From: an uncultured Gammaproteobacteria bacterium
Lineage (GTDB): Bacteria; Patescibacteriota; Microgenomatia; JAMCZE01
Length of the DNA: 64,000 bases
Reading direction: 5' to 3'
Assembly (NCBI GenBank): GCA_964609775.1
Contig: CAZSSJ010000002.1
Span: 19,260-83,259 of the forward strand
Every line of letters begins with the position of its first letter. Positions within the stretch are counted from its first letter, which is position 1. Both the position numbers and the translations under genes were made by a program. Positions 10,104 to 20,350 of the stretch are shown here, one piece after another. The notes under the pieces are model-generated. The model was not told where the DNA came from and made no database searches. It worked only from the letters and a program-made list of their open reading frames with translations.

Positions 10104-11749
10104 CAGGGAAAATTGTCATGCTAATTCTTGCCTCAATCATTCTGCTAGGATTTCTTGTCCGCCTATACAGACTTGGCAATATTCCTAACGGCTTTTTCTT
10201 TGACGAAGCCACCATTTCCTACCAGGCATATAGTTTACTCCAGACGGGTAAAGATACCTGGGGAACTGACTTTCCTTTATTGTCATTTAGAGATTATGGA
10301 GAGTACATTTTGCCAATCGGCGTTTATGGTCAAATTCCTAGTCTATTAATTGGAGGGCTAAATGTCTTATCTGCTCGGTTTCCCCATGCTATTTTGGGAA
10401 TACTTAGTGTCCCATTAGTATATTTTTTAGCCAAAGAACTGTTTAAGAACACTAAAATTTCTCTTTTATCTTCATTTTTACTAACAATATCACCTCTTTC
10501 AATTGGTTGGACACGTTTTGTGTTCGAAGGTAATTTCGGGACAGTCCTTTTCTTGAGTGGGACACTTCTTTTCGCCAGGTCTTTAAAAAAGCCCCGACTT
10601 CTACCCTGGTCAATCCTTTCTTTTGGTCTGTCAGCCCTTTCCTATCACATATTTTTAATCCTCACTCCACTTTACTTTTGCCTGCTCTCTCTCCTGAATC
10701 GAAAATCCCCAAGTCTGATTGGACACATAAGACCCATAACTCTCATCATCGTTGTTTTCTTCCTCGCCTGGATCCTGGCTGCTATCGCCTCAGGCGCTGG
10801 TCGGCAGCGCTTTTCCCAAGCCTCAACTCTTCTTACACCTCAAAAAATTGACAACCTCAACCATCAAATTGGCTACTGTTCAAACCAAATGTCTCTCACC
10901 CTGTGCAAAGTATTTCTAAATAAGCCAGTCTTAGCAGCGACCAGCTACCTGGAAAACTACCTCGCCCACTTTTCGCCGGTCTTTTTAGGATTTGACGGGA
11001 CATTCCTTCGCCAAAATGTCTTGCCCAAGTCGGGAATACTTTTACCTGTGGAAATGGTCGGCTTTTTCGTGGGATTATTTTTTCTTGTCAGATCACCTAC
11101 TTCTTTAGCGAGCCGGATTTTATTACCGATAATCCTGATCTATCCCGTGGCTAATAGCTTCACTGGTCTGGGAGAAATCAGCCGGATTGCCTTTGCCAGC
11201 CCCTTTCTCTCGCTTGTCGCCGCCTATGGTTTGGTGCGAATCACCCAAACTTTCCGGGTGTTTAAGCCCCCGCTTTTTCTGGCTATTCTTTACAGCGTTG
11301 TCAGTTTCCTCATCACTTATTTTCTAATCTTCCCCAAAACTAACGCCTACTACACCAATTTTGGCTACGACAAAGTATTTTCTTGGGTGCGGGCCAATCA
11401 GTCTAAATATGACCGGATTTTTATCTCCCGCAACTATGCCGGTTCCGTTCCCTACATTTCTGCCCAATTTTTCCTGCCCATTGATCCGCAGATGTTTCAA
11501 AGGGGTCAAGTGGAGAGAAAAAAATCGCCTGAGGGTTATTATCAGATTGAATCCGTTGACCAGAAATTTCGATTTTTTCAAAATTTACACTCTGAAGCTC
11601 TTAAGCCAAATGATTTTGTTGTCGCCACCCCTGAGGACATTCAATCTTATGCGCTAACGCCGAAATTTACTATAATTGATCCCACGGGGAGAAAACTGCT
11701 CCTTGGCGTTGAAGCAAATGAAATTTTGGCAAAAACTGCTGTCCCTTAG
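10100..11749 (+). CDS. GT39 / PMT_2 / ArnT-like glycosyltransferase family membrane protein (paralog 1)
   Basis: N-terminal signature LRLYRLGNIPNGFFFDEATISYQAYSLLQTGKD matches the LRLYRL...P..L..DE...GYNAYS hallmark of the family. Polytopic. ATGA overlap upstream. Confidence 0.8.
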   Translation: MTGKIVMLILASIILLGFLVRLYRLGNIPNGFFFDEATISYQAYSLLQTGKDTWGTDFPLLSFRDYGEYILPIGVYGQIPSLLIGGLNVLSARFPHAILGILSVPLVYFLAKELFKNTKISLLSSFLLTISPLSIGWTRFVFEGNFGTVLFLSGTLLFARSLKKPRLLPWSILSFGLSALSYHIFLILTPLYFCLLSLLNRKSPSLIGHIRPITLIIVVFFLAWILAAIASGAGRQRFSQASTLLTPQKIDNLNHQIGYCSNQMSLTLCKVFLNKPVLAATSYLENYLAHFSPVFLGFDGTFLRQNVLPKSGILLPVEMVGFFVGLFFLVRSPTSLASRILLPIILIYPVANSFTGLGEISRIAFASPFLSLVAAYGLVRITQTFRVFKPPLFLAILYSVVSFLITYFLIFPKTNAYYTNFGYDKVFSWVRANQSKYDRIFISRNYAGSVPYISAQFFLPIDPQMFQRGQVERKKSPEGYYQIESVDQKFRFFQNLHSEALKPNDFVVATPEDIQSYALTPKFTIIDPTGRKLLLGVEANEILAKTAVP

Positions 11750-13454
11750 CCCTCTTGTTGTTCTCTTTATCGCCTCATTTTGGTCCTGGAAGCCGCTTCT
11801 GGCCTCCGGCTTTTTTACAATTCATGACAACCAGCAGATCGCCCGGCTGTTTGAATTAAATAAAGCTCTTCTTGCTGGTCAGTTTCCCGTTCGCTGGGTG
11901 CCGGATCTGGGTTTTAGCTTTGGCTACCCGCTCTTTAATTTCTATCCGCCCCTGATTTATTATCTCGGCGAACTCTTTCATCTGTTGCTCGGGACAGGAT
12001 TCATTGACTCAATTAAGATAGTTTGGTTCGTCGCCCTGGTGGGATCGGGGATTGCCATGTACTTCTTGGCGAAAGAGTACTTTGGCAGAGCAGGAGGACT
12101 CGTTGCCGCGATGTTTTATGTTTACGCTCCCTACCACGCCGTCGACGCCTACGTCCGCGGGTCTTTGGCCGAACTTTTTTCTTTTGTTTGGCTCCCCCTC
12201 ATCCTGCTGGCATTGTATAAAATTGTGACTTTGCCAATAAGCTACGATCGTTGGATTTTGGCAAGCGGTATTCTCCTTGGCCTGCTGATGATCACCCACA
12301 ACCTCATTTTTCTCCCTTTTGTGGGAATATCAGCCCTTTGGTATTTTGCTCTAGTATTAATTTATCGCCGTAACGAACCGGTCCGTTATACTTTATACTT
12401 TATACTTTATACAGCCCTTTGTTTCGCTCTATCAGCCTTTTTCTGGCTGCCGGCGCTGGCTGAAAAACAATTCACCCTCGTTGACCAACTCCTGATTAAG
12501 AATCTGGCTTCCTACCAAATCCATTTTGTCTGCCCGCAGCAGTTATGGAACAGTCCCTGGGGTTTTGGCGGTTCGACTGCAGGTTGTCTTGATGGCCTGT
12601 CATTCAAACTCGGCAAGCTGCACATCTTGGCAGCCATAGCCTCTTTCGGGGCTGTCGCCTACCTCTGGCTTAAAGCTCACAAAAAGCTAGCGTTAGTAAT
12701 TCTTATATCTTATTTCTTATTTTTTATATCCCTGTTCATGACTACTGACTATTCAAAAATTTTGTGGGACAATTTTCCCCCTCTTTGGTACCTTCAGTTC
12801 CCCTGGCGTTTTCTGGAATTTGCCACCCTTTTTGCCGCGCTAATTGCGGGGAGTATCTTGGCGTTGGTCAAAAATATCCCCCTTAAAATATTGGTTACCA
12901 TAACGCTAATTTCGGCAATTCTCTACATCGAAGCTAAAAACTTCGTTCCCCAAACCCACCTCTTCACTGACACAGACGACCAAGAAACTTCTGATGAGCA
13001 AATTAAGTGGGTCATCAGTTCAACTTCGTTTGAGTATCTCCCAAAAGAAGTTGCCACTAGAGTCACAGACCTCGGGACCGTTTGGGTCGATATTGATCGA
13101 TCAAAAATTCCCCCCCGAAAGTATCAAGTTCTCTCCGGAAACTTGCAAAGCACCGAGGAAATATTTCTTCCCCATCGTTTCAAACTCACTGGCCAATTTA
13201 CAAACGAGACGACAATTCAAATTAATGTGGCAAACTTTCCCGGGTGGGAAGTGTGGCTCGATGGTTCCGAAGCACGCATCAGGGATAACAATGCCTATAA
13301 ATTGATCACTATCAATGTCCCCCCAGGAAACCATACACTAACTGGGCAATTTACCAATACCTGGCCGAGGTCCCTAGGTAACACCATTTCCATCATTGCA
13401 CTCATCGCGTTAGCCCTTTACTTTGGAAAATATGGAATTAGAAGAAGTTCTTAA
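11718..13454 (+). CDS. YfhO-related polytopic membrane protein (H-D...H...R / GQFP-RW family), paralog B
   Basis: FTIHDNQQIARLFELNKALLAGQFPVRWVPDLGFSFGYPLFNFYPPLIYYLGE is the same motif as 8613..10103 and 37536..39206. C-terminal NFPGWEVWLDGSEARI. An alternative upstream start exists at 11676. Confidence 0.6.
   Translation: MKFWQKLLSLSPLVVLFIASFWSWKPLLASGFFTIHDNQQIARLFELNKALLAGQFPVRWVPDLGFSFGYPLFNFYPPLIYYLGELFHLLLGTGFIDSIKIVWFVALVGSGIAMYFLAKEYFGRAGGLVAAMFYVYAPYHAVDAYVRGSLAELFSFVWLPLILLALYKIVTLPISYDRWILASGILLGLLMITHNLIFLPFVGISALWYFALVLIYRRNEPVRYTLYFILYTALCFALSAFFWLPALAEKQFTLVDQLLIKNLASYQIHFVCPQQLWNSPWGFGGSTAGCLDGLSFKLGKLHILAAIASFGAVAYLWLKAHKKLALVILISYFLFFISLFMTTDYSKILWDNFPPLWYLQFPWRFLEFATLFAALIAGSILALVKNIPLKILVTITLISAILYIEAKNFVPQTHLFTDTDDQETSDEQIKWVISSTSFEYLPKEVATRVTDLGTVWVDIDRSKIPPRKYQVLSGNLQSTEEIFLPHRFKLTGQFTNETTIQINVANFPGWEVWLDGSEARIRDNNAYKLITINVPPGNHTLTGQFTNTWPRSLGNTISIIALIALALYFGKYGIRRSS
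12386..12412. repeat. 7-bp tandem repeat (ttatact) x3.9 inside a membrane-protein CDS
   Basis: Read directly: ttatact ttatact ttatact ttatac. Encodes RYTLYFILYT. Confidence 0.9.
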
Positions 13455-14877
13455 TCGGACCGTAAAAAGCGTCATCGCGCTGACGAGCCGCAGCGTTGTC
13501 TTGCTGCTGATTCAGGCCGTGGCTTATTCTCTTCTCATCGCTTTTCTGGGAGCCCAGGAGATCGGCATTTTTATTGTCGTCTCGGCAATTTTGCGCGTCT
13601 TCACTTTCTTTACCGATTTGGGATTGGGCGCCGCCCTCATCCAGAAAAAAGAAAATTTAGACCAGGATGACCTGCGCTCTGCCTTTACTATTCAAACCGC
13701 ACTGGTCCTCATAATTATCGCCGTTGCCTTTGCGCTCACCCCGCTTGTCAGATCCTATGCCAATTTGGACCCGGCCGGAGTTTTTCTTTACCAGGTTCTC
13801 GCCTTCACTTTGCTCATTTCTTCCTTAAAAATGATCCCCTCGATTCTTCTGGAGAGGCAGCTGCGCTTTGAAAAACAAATCATTCCCCAAATCGTCGAGG
13901 CATTGGTATTCAACAGCTTGGTGGTCATTCTGGCGGCCAAACATTTTGGTGTCGCCTCCTATTCATGGGCCATTCTAGTTTCCTCTCTCGCCGGATTGCC
14001 CGTCTACTACCTAATTTCGCCGTGGAGAATTTCCCTGGGATTGTCGAAAGATGTGGCCAAACACCTCATTCGCTATGGCCTCCCTTTCCAAGGCAAGAGT
14101 GTCCTGGCGATAATAAAAGATGATCTTCTGGTCTTCTTTCTTTCCGGAATTGTTGGCACCGCCGGAATTGGCTACTGGGGGACGGCGCAAAAATTTGCCT
14201 ATTATCCCTTCCGTCTGCTCGTCGACACTCTCACTAAAGTCACTTTTCCCGCTTATTCGCGAATTCAACTGGAAAAAGAAGCCTTAAGAATTGGTATAGA
14301 AAAATCGCTACTTGCCGTCAGCCTCCTGCTCTTTCCGGTGCTCACCTTAATCGCCGTGCTGGCCCACAATCTTGTTTATTTAATCCCCAAATATCAAAAG
14401 TGGGAGCCGTCACTGCCTTCTCTCTATTTCCTCTGTGCGGGGGCGGCCGTCTCTGCCTTGTCAAACATTTTGGTGAACGCCCTTGACGCTACCGGACACG
14501 TCAAAACAACTCTGGGGTTGATGGTAATGTGGATAGTATTAACCTGGGTTGGAACTTTGGTCCTCGTAGCCAAGTTTGGTTTTACCGGAATAGCTATGGC
14601 CTCGTTCGTGGTCGCTCTCACCATTATTCTTACCATCTACTTGGTTAAACGGGTTGTCAATTTTCGCTTTTTGGGAAGTATCTTCAAGCCATTTTTGGGT
14701 TCCCTACTTATGGGGCTTTCGGTGTTTGCCCTCATTCAAGTTCTGCCAATCTCCTTCCCGGCTCTTCTTCTTGAAGGTATTGCTGGTGCTATAATTTATT
14801 TGGGTGCGATGTATCTGCTCGCCCGCAAGGAACTATTAGCGGATCTGAGAATCGTCATCAAAACTTTCAGAAAATGA
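13423..14877 (+). CDS. Wzx-like oligosaccharide flippase (polysaccharide biosynthesis protein family, MOP superfamily)
   Basis: N-terminus NRTVKSVIALTSRSVVLLLIQAVAYSLLIAFLGAQEIGIF...LGLGAALIQ matches the Polysacc_synt family. About 12-14 TM helices. Confidence 0.75.
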   Translation: MENMELEEVLNRTVKSVIALTSRSVVLLLIQAVAYSLLIAFLGAQEIGIFIVVSAILRVFTFFTDLGLGAALIQKKENLDQDDLRSAFTIQTALVLIIIAVAFALTPLVRSYANLDPAGVFLYQVLAFTLLISSLKMIPSILLERQLRFEKQIIPQIVEALVFNSLVVILAAKHFGVASYSWAILVSSLAGLPVYYLISPWRISLGLSKDVAKHLIRYGLPFQGKSVLAIIKDDLLVFFLSGIVGTAGIGYWGTAQKFAYYPFRLLVDTLTKVTFPAYSRIQLEKEALRIGIEKSLLAVSLLLFPVLTLIAVLAHNLVYLIPKYQKWEPSLPSLYFLCAGAAVSALSNILVNALDATGHVKTTLGLMVMWIVLTWVGTLVLVAKFGFTGIAMASFVVALTIILTIYLVKRVVNFRFLGSIFKPFLGSLLMGLSVFALIQVLPISFPALLLEGIAGAIIYLGAMYLLARKELLADLRIVIKTFRK

Positions 14878-15767
14878 CAACAATTTCCTTCGCAATTGCG
14901 ACTCGTAATGAGGCTGATGACATTAAAGATTGCCTCGAATCGATCAAATGGGCTGATGAAATCGTCATTTTTGACGAAAAATCAATCGACAAAACGGTTG
15001 AGGTCGCCAAAAAATATACTTCTAAAATTTTCCTCATTGACCACGATCCGATGTTTCACCGCACTAAGCAAAAGGCAATCGATAAATGTGCCAGTGATTG
15101 GATTTTTCAAATTGACGCTGACGAAAGAGTCAGCCCCGACCTAAAAGATGAAATTCTCCAGACAATTAGTGGCGTCTCGTCGCTTCCCGGTTACCAACTC
15201 CCCCGCAAAAGCAGGATTTTTGGCAAATGGATGGAACACACCGGTTGGTACCCCGACTATCAGGTCAAGCTTTTCCAAAAGGGCAAGGGTCACTATCCCT
15301 GTCAGTCAGTTCACGAAATGATAACTATCGACGGTCAAATGGGAACTTTAACAAACGATCTTCTGCACGAACACTATTCCACTCTTGACTGGTATTTGAA
15401 TCGCCGGTTCGAATACACCAAAAACGACGCCGAAAACATCATCGCCCGCGGGGAAAAAATTGTTTGGTCAGATGCGATTAAATTCCCCGCCGACGAGTTC
15501 TTTAAACGATTTTTCTTTTGGCAAGGCTACAAAGACGGTCTGCATGGCTTAGTCCTCTCACTTTTGATGGCCTTTGACCGCTTAATCGTTTTTGCCCGCC
15601 TCTGGGAGCACCAAAAATTTTGGCAACATGACAGTGCTGATTTTCGAGGGGAAGTCATACACAAGACAAAAAAGGTGGCGCATGACTGGCACCATTGGCT
15701 GTCGCAAACTGCCACCAAACCCCACGAGAAAATCTTGCATAAGCTGAAAGCAAAATTTAATTTCTAA
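14874..15767 (+). CDS. family 2 glycosyltransferase, WaaE/KdtX-like (paralog 1 of 3)
   Basis: ATRNEADDIKDCLESIKWADEIVIFD...DWIFQIDADERVS. NE and DxD-type motifs. ATGA overlap upstream. Confidence 0.75.
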   Translation: MTTISFAIATRNEADDIKDCLESIKWADEIVIFDEKSIDKTVEVAKKYTSKIFLIDHDPMFHRTKQKAIDKCASDWIFQIDADERVSPDLKDEILQTISGVSSLPGYQLPRKSRIFGKWMEHTGWYPDYQVKLFQKGKGHYPCQSVHEMITIDGQMGTLTNDLLHEHYSTLDWYLNRRFEYTKNDAENIIARGEKIVWSDAIKFPADEFFKRFFFWQGYKDGLHGLVLSLLMAFDRLIVFARLWEHQKFWQHDSADFRGEVIHKTKKVAHDWHHWLSQTATKPHEKILHKLKAKFNF

Positions 15768-15770
15768 TCT

Positions 15771-16700
15771 ATGGAAAAAACTGAACTCTCAATTGCCACC
15801 ATTCTCCATAACGAGGAGGCGAACGTTGTCGAACTCCACCGGAGATTAAGCACGGTCCTAAAAACCCTCAATAAAACCCATGAAATTATTTTGGTAGATG
15901 ATGGCAGCACTGACAGGACACTTGATAAACTCAAGACGCTTCGCCAAAAGGACAGATCCATCAAAATCATCTCTCTCTCGCGAAACTTCGGTATCGAGGC
16001 CGCCGCCACTGCCGCCCTAGATCACACCAGCGGAGAAATGGTTGTTCTCATGGACGGCGACCTTCAGGACGCCCCGGAATTCATTCCCTCACTCCTGAAT
16101 AAAATTGGACAGGGCTACGACGTCGTCTACGCCCAGCACCCAAAGAGAAAAGACACCCTCGTGAAGCAAGCACTTTTTGGTAGCTTTTATCGGCTGATGG
16201 ACAAACTGGCCGACTATAAATTTCCCGTTGACGTGGGTCATTTTTCCGTGATGAGACGGCCGGTTGTCGACGTGTTGACGCAAATGACGGAAAGAAATCG
16301 GTTTATTGCCGGACTTCGGGCTTGGGTGGGCTTCAAACAAACAGGAATCCTGTATGAAAAACAGGCCAGGTTTGCCGGCAAACCACCACAAACATTTAAA
16401 AAGTTGCTCAAAATGGGCTTTGATGCTTTGTTTTCTTTCTCGTACATCCCACTTCGAGTTGCAACATTAATGGGTCTATTGGTCGCTATTGGAACAATTA
16501 TTGTGATCATTAACGTTTTGTATCAAAAATTCGTCGTCAACACTGCTATTATCGGATGGGCTGGACCCATGCTCTCAATATTGATCATCGGAGGTGTGCA
16601 ACTTTTCATTCTCGGCATAATCGGGGAATATTTAGCCAGAATCTATGATGAAGTCAAAAGGCGTCCCTACTATATCGTCTCTGAGAAAATTGGTTTCTAA
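15771..16700 (+). CDS. family 2 glycosyltransferase, polyprenol-phosphate sugar synthase type (GtrB/ArnC/DPM1-like) with C-terminal TM helices
   Basis: IILVDDGSTDRT...MDGDLQDAPE, and two C-terminal TM helices (LMGLLVAIGTIIVIINVLY / ILIIGGVQLFILGIIGEYL). This arrangement is typical of GtrB/ArnC. Confidence 0.8.
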   Translation: MEKTELSIATILHNEEANVVELHRRLSTVLKTLNKTHEIILVDDGSTDRTLDKLKTLRQKDRSIKIISLSRNFGIEAAATAALDHTSGEMVVLMDGDLQDAPEFIPSLLNKIGQGYDVVYAQHPKRKDTLVKQALFGSFYRLMDKLADYKFPVDVGHFSVMRRPVVDVLTQMTERNRFIAGLRAWVGFKQTGILYEKQARFAGKPPQTFKKLLKMGFDALFSFSYIPLRVATLMGLLVAIGTIIVIINVLYQKFVVNTAIIGWAGPMLSILIIGGVQLFILGIIGEYLARIYDEVKRRPYYIVSEKIGF

Positions 16701-18378
16701 CGGGAGAGAGTTTGTCCCGCCGCTTGCCCCGGCAATATTCTTCACCCTGGTAGTCATCTACCTTCAGGGGGCAACAATTTTCCCCAGTGGTTTGTTTGAC
16801 AAAAGTGGCAACCTCATTTTCTATAATGATGTCCTCTTCCATGACAGCAATGTCCATCTTTCTTTAACGGGTGAACTCCTTCACCGTTTCCCCCCCACCA
16901 ATTTTGCTGCTTCCGGCGTACCTCTCAAAAACTATCATTATCTCTTTGACGTCTTTCTCGCCGTCATGCATAAATTAACGGCAATATCGGTTCTCGATCT
17001 TTATTTTCGCCTTGTCCCCGTAATTTTATCTTCTCTTTTATGTTTAGTCATTTATCAGTCTCTGATGGTCTTAACGAAAAAGCGTTGGGCCTGCGCTTTA
17101 GGGATCTTCTTTACGATTCTGGCAACCAGTTGGGGACCGCAGACGCCCTTCGTTAAAGACATCCTTGGCGCTTCGCCAGTGACCCCGGCCAGCAATCTTT
17201 TTATGACCGACCAGCTGCTAAGTATGCTTGTCAATCCCCAGGGTCAATTGTCCTTGATCGTCTTCCTCACTCTTTTTCTCTTGCTCCATCACTACGAACA
17301 CACAAAAAGAACTATCACGCTAGTTCTTTTTGCTTTGCTCCTGGGACTGTCGTTTGGGATCAAAGCCTATGGGGGAATCGTCTTTGCCCCAGCGGCAATC
17401 TTTAGTGCCGTCTACTTTATCATCCGCACCAGAGATCCAAAACCACTCCTCGCTGTCCTTTTTGGCTTTGCGATTATGGCTTCGTGGGTTGCCCTTACGA
17501 TTGATAGAGGCGTCGCCGGTTTGCAATTCGCCCCCTTCTGGCTGCTGGATCACATGATGACTGACCTGGATAAGCTCAACGAACCCCGTTTCTTGCTCCT
17601 CAAAGAACACTACACCCAGATGAGTAATTGGGCTCGTTTGTTTGTTCTAAATCTCTTTTCTCTAGCAATCTATGTCTTCGGCAGTTTGGGTTTGCGTCTC
17701 TTCGGTCTACTGGGCGTCATTTGGCTCATCAAGCAAAAGATGTCATCTCCCTCGCTCTTCTTTTTAATCACTGCCGCGGCGATCTCTTTTACCGTCCCTG
17801 TCCTTTTCAACCAATCGAAAAAAGCCTACGACACCGTCCAGTTTACCCCATACTTCACCCTCTTCATGGGCTTGATGTTCTCCGTAACCGTGTTTATCTT
17901 CCTAAAACATCTCCGGAAGCGCCGCATATTCAAAGCGATTTTTGCCGTGTCTGTTGTCACCTTAGTCATCCTTTTAAATCTCAGCGAAATTTCCATCCGA
18001 TTTCGACCAAGAGAAGAGAAAATAGTCATCCCTAACACCACACTCGAGGCGACTGAGTATGTCAGAACCGAAACCCCACCAAACGCCATTTTTCTGCTCG
18101 CTCCGACGGAGTTTAATCGCAGCTACCTCATCTTTTCCTCCTTGACACAAAGGCGGACGGCTTTTTCCGGACTGGATTTTGCCTACCAAGTGGGGCAGGA
18201 CACCCAACGCCTACGCACCCAGTGGGAGAGCTATTTTGCCGACGGGAAAGTGCCAGCTGACGTTGACTATCTATTTATTCCCGCCCCGGAAGAGGACGAT
18301 TTTGTTAGAATTAAAGAAAACTCCCGCTTCGTCACCGTCTTTGACAACAGCGCGGTAAAAATTCTTAAAAAAAGTTGA
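16645..18378 (+). CDS. polytopic membrane protein with C-terminal soluble domain, GT-C-like (unassigned)
   Basis: More than 10 hydrophobic helices. The start is uncertain: ATG 16645 overlaps the upstream gene by 56 nt, and TTG 16687 is an alternative. Stop overlaps the next gene as ATGA. Confidence 0.5.
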   Translation: MMKSKGVPTISSLRKLVSNGREFVPPLAPAIFFTLVVIYLQGATIFPSGLFDKSGNLIFYNDVLFHDSNVHLSLTGELLHRFPPTNFAASGVPLKNYHYLFDVFLAVMHKLTAISVLDLYFRLVPVILSSLLCLVIYQSLMVLTKKRWACALGIFFTILATSWGPQTPFVKDILGASPVTPASNLFMTDQLLSMLVNPQGQLSLIVFLTLFLLLHHYEHTKRTITLVLFALLLGLSFGIKAYGGIVFAPAAIFSAVYFIIRTRDPKPLLAVLFGFAIMASWVALTIDRGVAGLQFAPFWLLDHMMTDLDKLNEPRFLLLKEHYTQMSNWARLFVLNLFSLAIYVFGSLGLRLFGLLGVIWLIKQKMSSPSLFFLITAAAISFTVPVLFNQSKKAYDTVQFTPYFTLFMGLMFSVTVFIFLKHLRKRRIFKAIFAVSVVTLVILLNLSEISIRFRPREEKIVIPNTTLEATEYVRTETPPNAIFLLAPTEFNRSYLIFSSLTQRRTAFSGLDFAYQVGQDTQRLRTQWESYFADGKVPADVDYLFIPAPEEDDFVRIKENSRFVTVFDNSAVKILKKS

Positions 18379-19187
18379 CTATGGTTTCAGCTATTGTTTT
18401 TATATTTTGGCCCGAAGAGGAAGATCATTTTGAAGTCTGCTTAAAAACTTTGTCATGGGTTGATGAAATTATCGTCATTGATAATGGGGCTTCAAAGAAA
18501 ACATCTAACCTTGCCAAAAAATATCATGGTCGAATTATTAAAACTGATTCAAAAAGTTTTGCCCAAAGACATAATCTTGGTGCAAATGAAGCAAAAGGGG
18601 ACTGGCTATTATTTATCGACGCCGATGAACGGATATCCAAGGATCTTCAGCAAGAGATTGCCCGAGAAATTGTTCACCCGACAGCTGACGCCTACGAGTT
18701 AAACAGAATCAATTTTTATCTTGGTAAGAAGGTTCGGTTTGGAGACCGATACCCAGACTACGTTGCTAGATTGTTTTATAAAACAAAACTTAAAGAATGG
18801 ACCGGTGATATCCATGAATCTTCGGTTGTGAGTGGCACAACGGGTCGACTGTCAGCTCCTCTATATCACCTAACTCACCGTGACATATTTTTGATGATAG
18901 ATAAAACAAAAAACTATGCTGAGATTGAAGCCAAACTCAGACTGGAATCTCACCATCCACCGGTTGTTGGTTGGCGTCTGGTGCGAGTTTTTCTGACCGA
19001 ACTCTATAATCGCATCATTAAACTTCAAGGTTTCAGGCAGGGGACAGAGGGTTGGATTGACGGCCTCTTTCAAGCCTTTTCCCTGTTTATCGTCTATGCC
19101 CGACTTTGGGAAAAGCAAAGAAAGCCTGATTTAGAAGAAACCTACCGGCAACTTGACCAAAAAATTTTGACGGGAGAAGAACTATAA
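18375..19187 (+). CDS. family 2 glycosyltransferase, WaaE/KdtX-like (paralog 2)
   Basis: LSWVDEIIVIDNGASKKT...GDWLLFIDADERIS. Confidence 0.75.
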   Translation: MTMVSAIVFIFWPEEEDHFEVCLKTLSWVDEIIVIDNGASKKTSNLAKKYHGRIIKTDSKSFAQRHNLGANEAKGDWLLFIDADERISKDLQQEIAREIVHPTADAYELNRINFYLGKKVRFGDRYPDYVARLFYKTKLKEWTGDIHESSVVSGTTGRLSAPLYHLTHRDIFLMIDKTKNYAEIEAKLRLESHHPPVVGWRLVRVFLTELYNRIIKLQGFRQGTEGWIDGLFQAFSLFIVYARLWEKQRKPDLEETYRQLDQKILTGEEL

Positions 19188-19273
19188 TCATCATCTTCGA
19201 ATTTGCAACAGTTTTGATGATTAATACACATCGAAATGCGGTGAACGCATAATATTTACCTTATGATGGGTAT
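19188..19273 (+). promoter_or_regulatory. AT-rich 86-nt intergenic spacer, possible internal promoter
   Basis: One of the few non-coding gaps in the plus-strand array. It is AT-rich, with a CATAAT / TAATAT -10-like element roughly 20-30 nt upstream of ATG 19274. No clear -35. Confidence 0.2.
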
Positions 19274-20350
19274 ATGAAAGTTGGCATCTATAGCCCCTAT
19301 TTGGACACTTTGGGTGGGGGAGAGCGCTACATTTTGACCGCTGCAGAATTTTTCCTCCACAGAAAAGATAGTGTCGACATTTTCTGGGATAAGGACAGCG
19401 ACTTGCAAGATATGGCCGCCCGTTTCGGACTTGATCTGAAAGGTGCCAAGTTTGTCTCCAATCTTTTTTCCGGAAACTTCAGTTTTTGGCAAAGACTTAG
19501 AAAAAGTTACCGATACGACTTAATTCTGGTTCTCTCGGACGGTAGCATCCCTTTGACGCTGGCAAAGAAAAACTTCATCCATCTTCAAGTCCCATTTCAA
19601 AAATCCAACCGGCCAAAAATAGTCAACCGCCTTAAGCTACTGACATATAAAGCCGTCCTCTGCAATTCATATTTCACTAAAAAGATTATCGATCAGACCT
19701 ATGGCATAACCAGTAGTGTTCTCTATCCGCCTGTTGATGTTAACCGTTTCCAGCCGGGGAAAAAAGAAAAAGTGATTCTTTCGGTGGGTCGCTTCTTTGC
19801 AGCCAGGCACCTGCACAATTTTGCCCCAAAAAAGCACCAAGAAATGATTAGCGCCTTTGAGGAGCTAATTGATTCCGGTCTTAAAGACTGGAAACTTCGC
19901 TTGCTAGGAGCCAATTCTCCCGATCAGCAAAGTTCCCTTGAGCAGTTAAAAAAAATTGCCCAAAACTACCCGATTGAAATTTCGTCCAACGTTGACTATG
20001 AAGATTTAAAGACCAGCTTCGCCCAGGCCTCTATATATTGGCACGCCGCCGGTTTTGGTGAGGATCTGGATAAACACCCAGAAAGAGCCGAGCACTTCGG
20101 CATTACCACTGTTGAAGCGATGGCCTCGGGCGCTGTCCCGGTTGTCTTTGCCGGCGGCGGCCAAAAGGAGATCATTCAGGACTCGGTCAATGGTTTGTTT
20201 TGGCAAACCCCAGGCGAGCTTCAGACCAAAACTATTCAACTCATCAAAAATCAATCTCTAACACGGAAACTAGCTGAAAAAGCCCTCATCAGGTCACGCG
20301 ATTTTAGTAAGCAAAAATTTTTCCGTTCTTTGGAAGACCTCTTGAAATGA
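19274..20350 (+). CDS. GT4 family glycosyltransferase
   Basis: C-terminal E-x7-E motif EHFGITTVEAMASGAVPV. GT-B fold pattern. Confidence 0.8.
   Translation: MKVGIYSPYLDTLGGGERYILTAAEFFLHRKDSVDIFWDKDSDLQDMAARFGLDLKGAKFVSNLFSGNFSFWQRLRKSYRYDLILVLSDGSIPLTLAKKNFIHLQVPFQKSNRPKIVNRLKLLTYKAVLCNSYFTKKIIDQTYGITSSVLYPPVDVNRFQPGKKEKVILSVGRFFAARHLHNFAPKKHQEMISAFEELIDSGLKDWKLRLLGANSPDQQSSLEQLKKIAQNYPIEISSNVDYEDLKTSFAQASIYWHAAGFGEDLDKHPERAEHFGITTVEAMASGAVPVVFAGGGQKEIIQDSVNGLFWQTPGELQTKTIQLIKNQSLTRKLAEKALIRSRDFSKQKFFRSLEDLLK

Noticed and set aside
19204-19252. Canonical sigma70 promoter in the 19188..19273 spacer
   Set aside because: TTGCAA / TTGATG and CATAAT / TAATAT elements exist, but none pair at a 16-18 nt spacing. 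I kept it only as a low-confidence regulatory region.
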